Source: Yuukianura sp. NJ FZ-2021
Lineage: Eukaryota
Reading direction: 5' to 3'
Length of the DNA: 64,000 nucleotides
Assembly (NCBI GenBank): GCA_046563655.1
Contig: CM102288.1
Span: 5,766,001-5,830,000, forward strand
Position 1 is the stretch's first letter. Each line of letters begins with the position of its first letter. Below, piece by piece: positions 58,001-64,000 of the stretch. A program made the translations under genes and the position numbers. A model generated the notes under the pieces. That model made no database searches, had not been told where the DNA came from, and saw only the letters and a list, made by a program, of their open reading frames with translations.

Positions 58001-60179
58001 ACGAAACAATACGTTTCTGGATGTTTTGAAGAACAACACAGATTTGAGCTCGACTATCAAGTTCCTAGAACAGTCTAACACCAATCAAATTATAGATTCT
58101 GCGCAAATGATCTACGGATCTCCAGAGTGCAAGCTTATATGGGAAGCGCCATTCATAGTCGGTGAGAAAGACGTGAAGTGTTTTATTTCTGACAACCTTA
58201 ATTTCATCGGAAGACATTCAATACCTCACAACTCAATTGAAGTGTTCGACTGTAGCACCGGCCAATTACAACACACTCTATTCGTGGAAGATAAAACCTC
58301 AGCTACATTCGTTTACGCTAACAATAAAGAGATAGAAGATTCTGACCGTCGTCGCACAACGTATTTGTTGTACGTTTTTGAAAAATGTTTGCATTTTGAA
58401 GAGTTGAAGGGTGGTACAAGTTATGCAAAAGCTTCGACGGTGCGAGAACACGAATTTCAAAACTACCATTCAGACGACGGGCTATTATGTGTATGTGTAG
58501 AGTTTAATCTTGGCAATGAAAGCTGCCGTTGCTCGTATTTTGCGAATCCATACTTGGTCGAAAGTAGTAATACGTTAAACGGCAATTGTCGCAGTTATGT
58601 TCGTCTTCCAGATGAAAATAGCCAAATGGTTAGTGCTCGTGTTAAGAATGTCCTCATAACTCCGAATAAGTTTCTCATTCTGCACTGCTATATTACAAAG
58701 ACGCTTGCCCGCAATGAACATAGACTAGTTGGGTATGATACCACTGGTACAAAATTTGTTCGCATTAAAAATCAGCTAAATTGCACAAATGTGGATGAAG
58801 ACGTCTACATTTGTTTTTTCTTGTGTCAACATTCCCAAAGACTTGTTTTTCAAAAGAACGCAAATATTTGTTGTTGTACCATCACTGAAGCCGGTTCTCA
58901 TGAAGAAACTTACCTAGAGTTGACTTTGAACTTATCATTTGAATCAAAGTTAGCGGCAACGACGTTTGTATATGACCCGAACTTTGAGGACATTTCGTAC
59001 ATTTCTTACTTCGGTACGAACATAATTGGCGTTTGGAATCTTAGCGAAAATACATATAAAAAACTTACCGTTATGTACGATAAACAAATTCCCCTGCGTA
59101 AATCCCATCTTTGCACTGTTCTCTTACAGAACACAACACTAATGCGAGGTTACTACGATTCTGATGTTTTTTACGCATTGCCTGTCAAAAAATATAGCGA
59201 ATCACATAGCGACATTCCGGTACACATTTCATCTTCCAAAAAACTAAAATGGATTGTAGCTCAGTTTGAAAACGGTGACATTTGTATTTTAGATTCCTTA
59301 CAATTGGACACACTCTTTGTCTTTCTTGGGTTCTATTCTGCGTTCAAATTTCAAATTTTTGATACCGTTTCGACGCAGGTTCGTGTTTTACTGTATTCTA
59401 AAACGGGAGATTTAAGTTGGCTTACAATCAATTCAGAGTCTCTGAGGAAATGTTTTGAAACCGGGAAATTAAAAAAATTTGATGACTGGAAATTAGATAA
59501 AGGTCAAAGTCCAAGTTCAAAACTTTTGTTGAAGGAAGTTGACATATCCTACTCCCGGTGCATGACTCCGAAGGATTTGTCACTGCTAAAATATCTTGGT
59601 TCAGTCGGTTCACCGTCACAGGGTGAAGAATATCGTCGATTTTGTGATTTGTTTCTACCAGTAACAGACTGCAAGTATTCTATTTTAACAACTTGTGACA
59701 ATGCACAACCAGTGGACTTGACCAAAAAATGGACAGTGACAGTTATTGCTAAAAAGAGCAAGTTTAAGCTACTGCGTAAAACAGTGTATACTGCAACGGA
59801 CCCACATGCAGCTTTATTAATTGAAGGAGTTTTACATGGGGGACACTTCGTTGTTAAAGCAGACTTAACTCGAGATAGTGATAACAATGTAAAAATCCGA
59901 TGTGAGCAGTATACAGGAAAGAAGAAGTATGAAGGAATCGCTAAAAAATATTTTGGAAAACAAATTGAACTTGTAAAGAACAATGGGATCAAACTCTTAA
60001 AAAATATCTGGGTAGATACGTATAACCCACAGTGGAAATATAATTTACTCTTTCACAATTGTAATAGTTGGTGTAGAAAAAAGCTGAAAGTGTTGGGACT
60101 TGAACATAAGTTTCGACCTAAATTGTACCGAGTTTTTGCCAGTCTTCCGCAAGATTTCGAGTTACAGAGACTAATCTAA
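55090..60179 (+). CDS. NACHT (STAND) NTPase with pentapeptide repeats, beta-rich repeat region and C-terminal permuted papain-like domain
   Basis: Probable short exon 55090-55116 (MASTGKQSL|GTAAGA) spliced to a single ~4.9-kb exon from 55281. Walker A GDSGSGKS; Walker B LVLILDGYDE; FSFLHLSLLEYF; ASNALTIL followed by pentapeptide repeats (GANLRNS, SDFSGANFQNAKL); C-terminal HAALLIEG...YNLLFHNCNSWC. Confidence 0.85.
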
Positions 60180-60574
60180 AATTGTTAACAAATAATAATA
60201 AAAATAGTGGTAATATTCAAGGGTACTTTAATTTATATCTTACCGGTTAATTTGACCGGCAAATTAAATCGCCGTAGTTATTTCTTTGGTTCCATGCCAT
60301 TGCTCCGAAAGTCGTCACTATTGCAGCAATTTACCATCGAACTTTCCTGTATTTTAGTTGTATTAGTAAATATTTTTGTAAATAGTTGGCCGTTGTTAGT
60401 AAATTTGTAAAAAAAAAAAAAGTAAATAGATTTTGTTTTTAATAAATATTTTTACCAAGTCTGCTTATTAAAATGGATTTTTTTACCAATTCAAATCAAT
60501 TAAAATTAATATATTGGAAAATATTAAAATTCACATTTCAATCGGCTTTTGTTCCCGTCAAAATCAGGACGCTT

Positions 60575-60971
60575 GCAGCGAGCATTTGTTGCCTTGGTTC
60601 GAAATGCCCACTTTCATAAGTGAGCATCACCGTGGCTTCTCTGCTCTCTCCGCTCTCTTGACAGCACATGCATGACCTCTCTGTCTGCCACATCTTGGAT
60701 CAACACACCTAAAGTTGAAGCTAATTAGTTAAAGTTTGGAATGCTAATTGGAATTACTCAAAACAGCTTAAAGTTAACTAAAAAAGTTCAGCATTTTTCG
60801 GAAATTTCTGACATGGACGTAGGAAGTGCAGTTCCTGACGCAGCCCTAGGAAGGAATTTTCTTCGGAACGCAACCAGGTGACTGCAGAACGTTGACGACG
60901 GGGGTGAGGCGCCAATCCTCTGCAGCAGTCAACCCGGAAACAGCAATCACCAGGAGCAGTAGTCGCGCCAT
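60575..60971 (-). pseudogene. burs: Bursicon alpha pseudogene (partial duplicate; upstream region also duplicated to ~61240)
   Basis: Exons 1-2 are recognisable, but Cys1 is changed to Trp, there is a TAG at 60846-60848 and a TGA early in exon 2, another Cys is changed to Tyr, the donor after exon 2 is lost and exon 3 is absent. Confidence 0.9.
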
Positions 60972-62001
60972 CGTCCAAACTGTGTCTGAGAAGCCAAATT
61001 CAAAAATTCTATTTCCTTTCTCAAAAAACTGCGCTGTACTACTTCTAAAAACAGGACTCTGAATAATGAACTTTCTCCAAAAACTATTTTTATTTTGATA
61101 AAAAAAAACACCAGGAAAACATGCATGACTTTTAGAACACCGAAGTGGCATTAGCCCATGCGGTGACCTTAGTCATTAATTTGACTCTTTTCCTGTTAAA
61201 TGTTATGCAACTCAATACTCAACGCTGCATCAAACGAGGTACTTAAATCCACAAATAGTCAAATGACAAAAAGTCATAAATGGTGTTAGGGATTGACTTT
61301 CCATTATGTGTGTGTGGAATTCAGCGGAACTACGCGAACACACACCAAAATTAAATTTAAGAGACATACTGTACATAGGTCATTGTTCAGTGGTCATCGG
61401 AATTACCAGCATTAGTAAAATTAACAGTAAAAAAAAGTTAAAAGTTGAAAAGTCAAAGTTAAAAGTTAACTTGCACAGAAACTTTTTACTTTAAAATTAA
61501 GTTATTCAAAGACTTTCGTTTCAGAAGGGAAAAAAATTTCAGAAAAACTACTCAAGATTTTGGAATTTCACATTAATTGCACAAGAACCGCGTCCCACCC
61601 AGAGCCACCACAACGTGGTCCCACCGACACGTTGGACAGAGTTTGAAAAAAAAAGCCCTTGAATGAAAGGTGACGACACAGAGGAATGCTAACAAAACTG
61701 TTTGCTATAATTACTAATCGCCGGGACTAACCCACTGGAGGTACTCAAGTCCTCTGAACCCAAGCATTGTCGAATGTGCCAATTAGTTTTTGCGGTAAAT
61801 TTTGAATTTACAAATTTAAGTACAAAGACGCATTCGAAGTTATCAAATATTGACTCACCTTGGCACTCTTCACTTTCCTTTTCTTTCCTCCCATCTTACA
61901 TCCTATTCATTCACAATTTTTGCAAGTTTGCAAACAAGGATTGTCGATTGTTTGTGATATAAATACGACGCCCTCAACTTCCGCCGCAGTTAGTTGCCCA
62001 A

Positions 62002-63420
62002 ATGAAGCTCATCTTCGTCGTCTGCGCTCTGCGCATGTTCGTACTTGTCCAAGCAGTTACGCATCAACTCAACTCTGACGAAGATGAAGATACTTTGGTT
62101 ATTCAGGGGATTAGGCACCCCCTGGAACAGCCTAAACAGCACCAATCCCCGGAAAAAGCGGAAGTGACTGGACAGGAAGGAATAAAGCAGGAAAGAGGAG
62201 TTGAGCCTGAAATTGATGCCACAATCCCCAGAAACGTCAGATACTCTTCAGGCGGATATGGTGATGGTGGCTACAGTAACCACCAAGGTGGCTACGATAA
62301 CCACCACACCGGGCATGGCTGGAGCCCACCTACTTATCAACATGGACACTCTGCTGGAGGTGTAGTGTGCACTGTTTGTTCCAACTACGAGGCTCAACAA
62401 TGCTGTGCTTTCGGTTTTCGCCAATGTTGTAACGTTAGAGTCTACCACAACAATCATCATTCTGTCGGAGGAGCCGGATACACTCACATCAGTAAGAAAA
62501 TTAACTAAAATGTTACTTTTTTTTACTTAACTTATTATATTATTAATATTTAATTATTATTATTACTATTATTTTATATTATATTATTCCAAGGTCCTCC
62601 AAGTGTCTACAGCAGTACACATCTAGAGAAGCCTGGAAGTTGCAGAAGCCACTCCAACTTCGGTTACAGTAACCATGGCTACGTTAATCAAAACGCTGGT
62701 TACTACGCGACTCGGAGGGAAGATAGAGTGAAACGAGATGCCCCACTTGTTGGGACCCACCAAACATACGGCCCACCTTACCACAGTATGTTAGGAAAAA
62801 ATAAGGTAGCTAGTGTTACCACTAGACCATGGTGCCTCCTGTACCAAATGAAGGCTCTACAGCTTATGTTATCCCACACGACCCCGCCGCCTAAGCTTCG
62901 GCCCCCGAAGCTAAAGCCTCAACCAACAAGACAGAAATACACACTGAGTTGACACTAACCTAGGGGAACAGGGAACCGAACTATGCGGCAAAGGGACAAA
63001 CAAACACCAATTAACCTAATCAACTCAGATATGCAATTCAGCTTGCAGGGAAGCCCTCGTCAGCAAAGGTGGAGTTCTCATTGAAGGTGGGAATGACCTC
63101 CGAGAAAAAATCCACCTCGCTGGTTCGCGAACGGTCGTCCACCACTCTGTTAGGAAAAAATAAGGTAGCTAGTGTTACCACTAGACCATGGTGCCTCCTG
63201 TACCAAATGAAGGCTCTACAGCTTATGTTATCCCACAAGTACCACTGGTGGCTACGGTTACTCCAGTGGACATAATGGTGGCTACGGAGTGCCTTCAGGT
63301 GGCTACGGATCTCCTTCTGGTGGCTACGGATCAAACCACTGTCGTAGAGACTACGATTGCCCGGGAAACGAAAAATGCTGCAGCGGACACTGTTCGAATC
63401 CTGTAGCTGTTATTGGATAA
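62002..63420 (+). CDS. Secreted Gly/Tyr/His-rich WAP-domain protein; exon 2 interrupted by an LTR mini-element
   Basis: TATAAATA near 61958; signal peptide; exon 62002-62491 with CTVC...CC...CC; exon 2 from 62594 (KPGSC...RVKR...GPPYHS) continues in frame after removing 62789-63241 into TTGGYG...CRRDYDCPGNEKCCSGHCSNP...IG*. Confidence 0.8.
62789..63237 (-). mobile_element. TRIM-like miniature LTR retrotransposon (449 bp)
   Basis: Two identical 90-bp TG...CA direct repeats (62789-62878, 63148-63237); 4-bp TSD AGTA; on the minus strand a PBS-like TGGTGGAC 3 nt after one LTR and a G-rich tract AGGCGGCGGGG before the other; no recognisable retroelement coding sequence. Confidence 0.9.
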
Positions 63421-64000
63421 TAAAAAAACGTGCAAATCTTGAAACTGCCAATCAAAACATAATTTTATTTGATTTTCTGCAATGAATAACAACACAATAT
63501 GTAAAAACGACTTTGATCGTATTTCCCGCCAGTTCATACGTACTTTAAAAAATCGTTAATAGTGTTTATGCTTACAATTACTCTTAATTGCAAATTAATT
63601 TTTTTGTAAAATCGAAAACAAACTTGAGTTTAATAGTTCAGCAGTTCAGGAAAAGTATTATAGGTATCAACAAACCTTGAACTTAAACTTTGTTTAAAAA
63701 AAAACAATTTTTGGTCTGGCTATTGTGACAATTAAAATTTCCTCATGAGTTTTCCTGAATAAATTCCCGCAAGTGTTTTATCCTCTACGGGAAACCGAGT
63801 TTCCGGTATGAAAATACTGAAATTTAGTCAATTCTAAAAAAAAACGTAGAGGCTGAAAACCGCAAGAGCCTGCTCAAAAGTTATAAATATTCGAGAGCTT
63901 CGTGTTTGCACCTGAAACAATATTTAGAAAAACCTAATCATTTGAACACAAAACCAATAAGCTTTTTTCATTTTTTTTCAAAAACTTTTGAAAATGGGTG

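Noticed and set aside
55284..60179. Bacterial contamination as the source of the long ORF
   Set aside because: It has a plausible spliceosomal intron, host-like AT content, no operon neighbours, and bursicon-derived sequence on both sides.
62728..63406. ORFs 62728-62952, 63038-63334, 63069-63275 and 63188-63406 as separate genes
   Set aside because: They are read-throughs into the LTR element or alternative frames of the WAP exon.

Overview
AT-rich, intron-containing animal DNA from a gene-dense arthropod region. The gene content and divergent chemoreceptors suggest a springtail-like hexapod (inference only). Genes in order: a small secreted 4-Cys peptide (-), an intronless ionotropic receptor (-), a gustatory-receptor-like 7TM gene (+), PAAF1/Rpn14 (-), a glutaredoxin with an SPHC active site (+), a microbial-type 2OG-Fe(II) oxygenase (+), par-3/bazooka (+), a TTK-type BTB gene with at least six alternative 3' DNA-binding modules (-), Ssu72 (+), LSG1 (-), a roadblock light chain (-), bursicon alpha (-) with a pseudogene copy and a promoter-only copy, a Cys-rich secreted protein (+), a NACHT-pentapeptide protein with a C-terminal papain-like domain (+), and a WAP-domain secreted protein (+). 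Many small transposons have readable ends and target-site duplications (hAT, Tc1/mariner-type MITEs, one 449-bp LTR mini-element). Highlights: the NLR-like protein with a C-terminal catalytic domain; a hAT insertion in an exon that can be spliced out in frame; the BTB locus mixing FLYWCH and C2H2 alternative exons; a TRIM inside a coding exon; and an array of ecdysone-response-element-like palindromes upstream of a kappa-hefutoxin-like peptide gene. All exon boundaries were read by eye from GT/AG signals and frame continuity.
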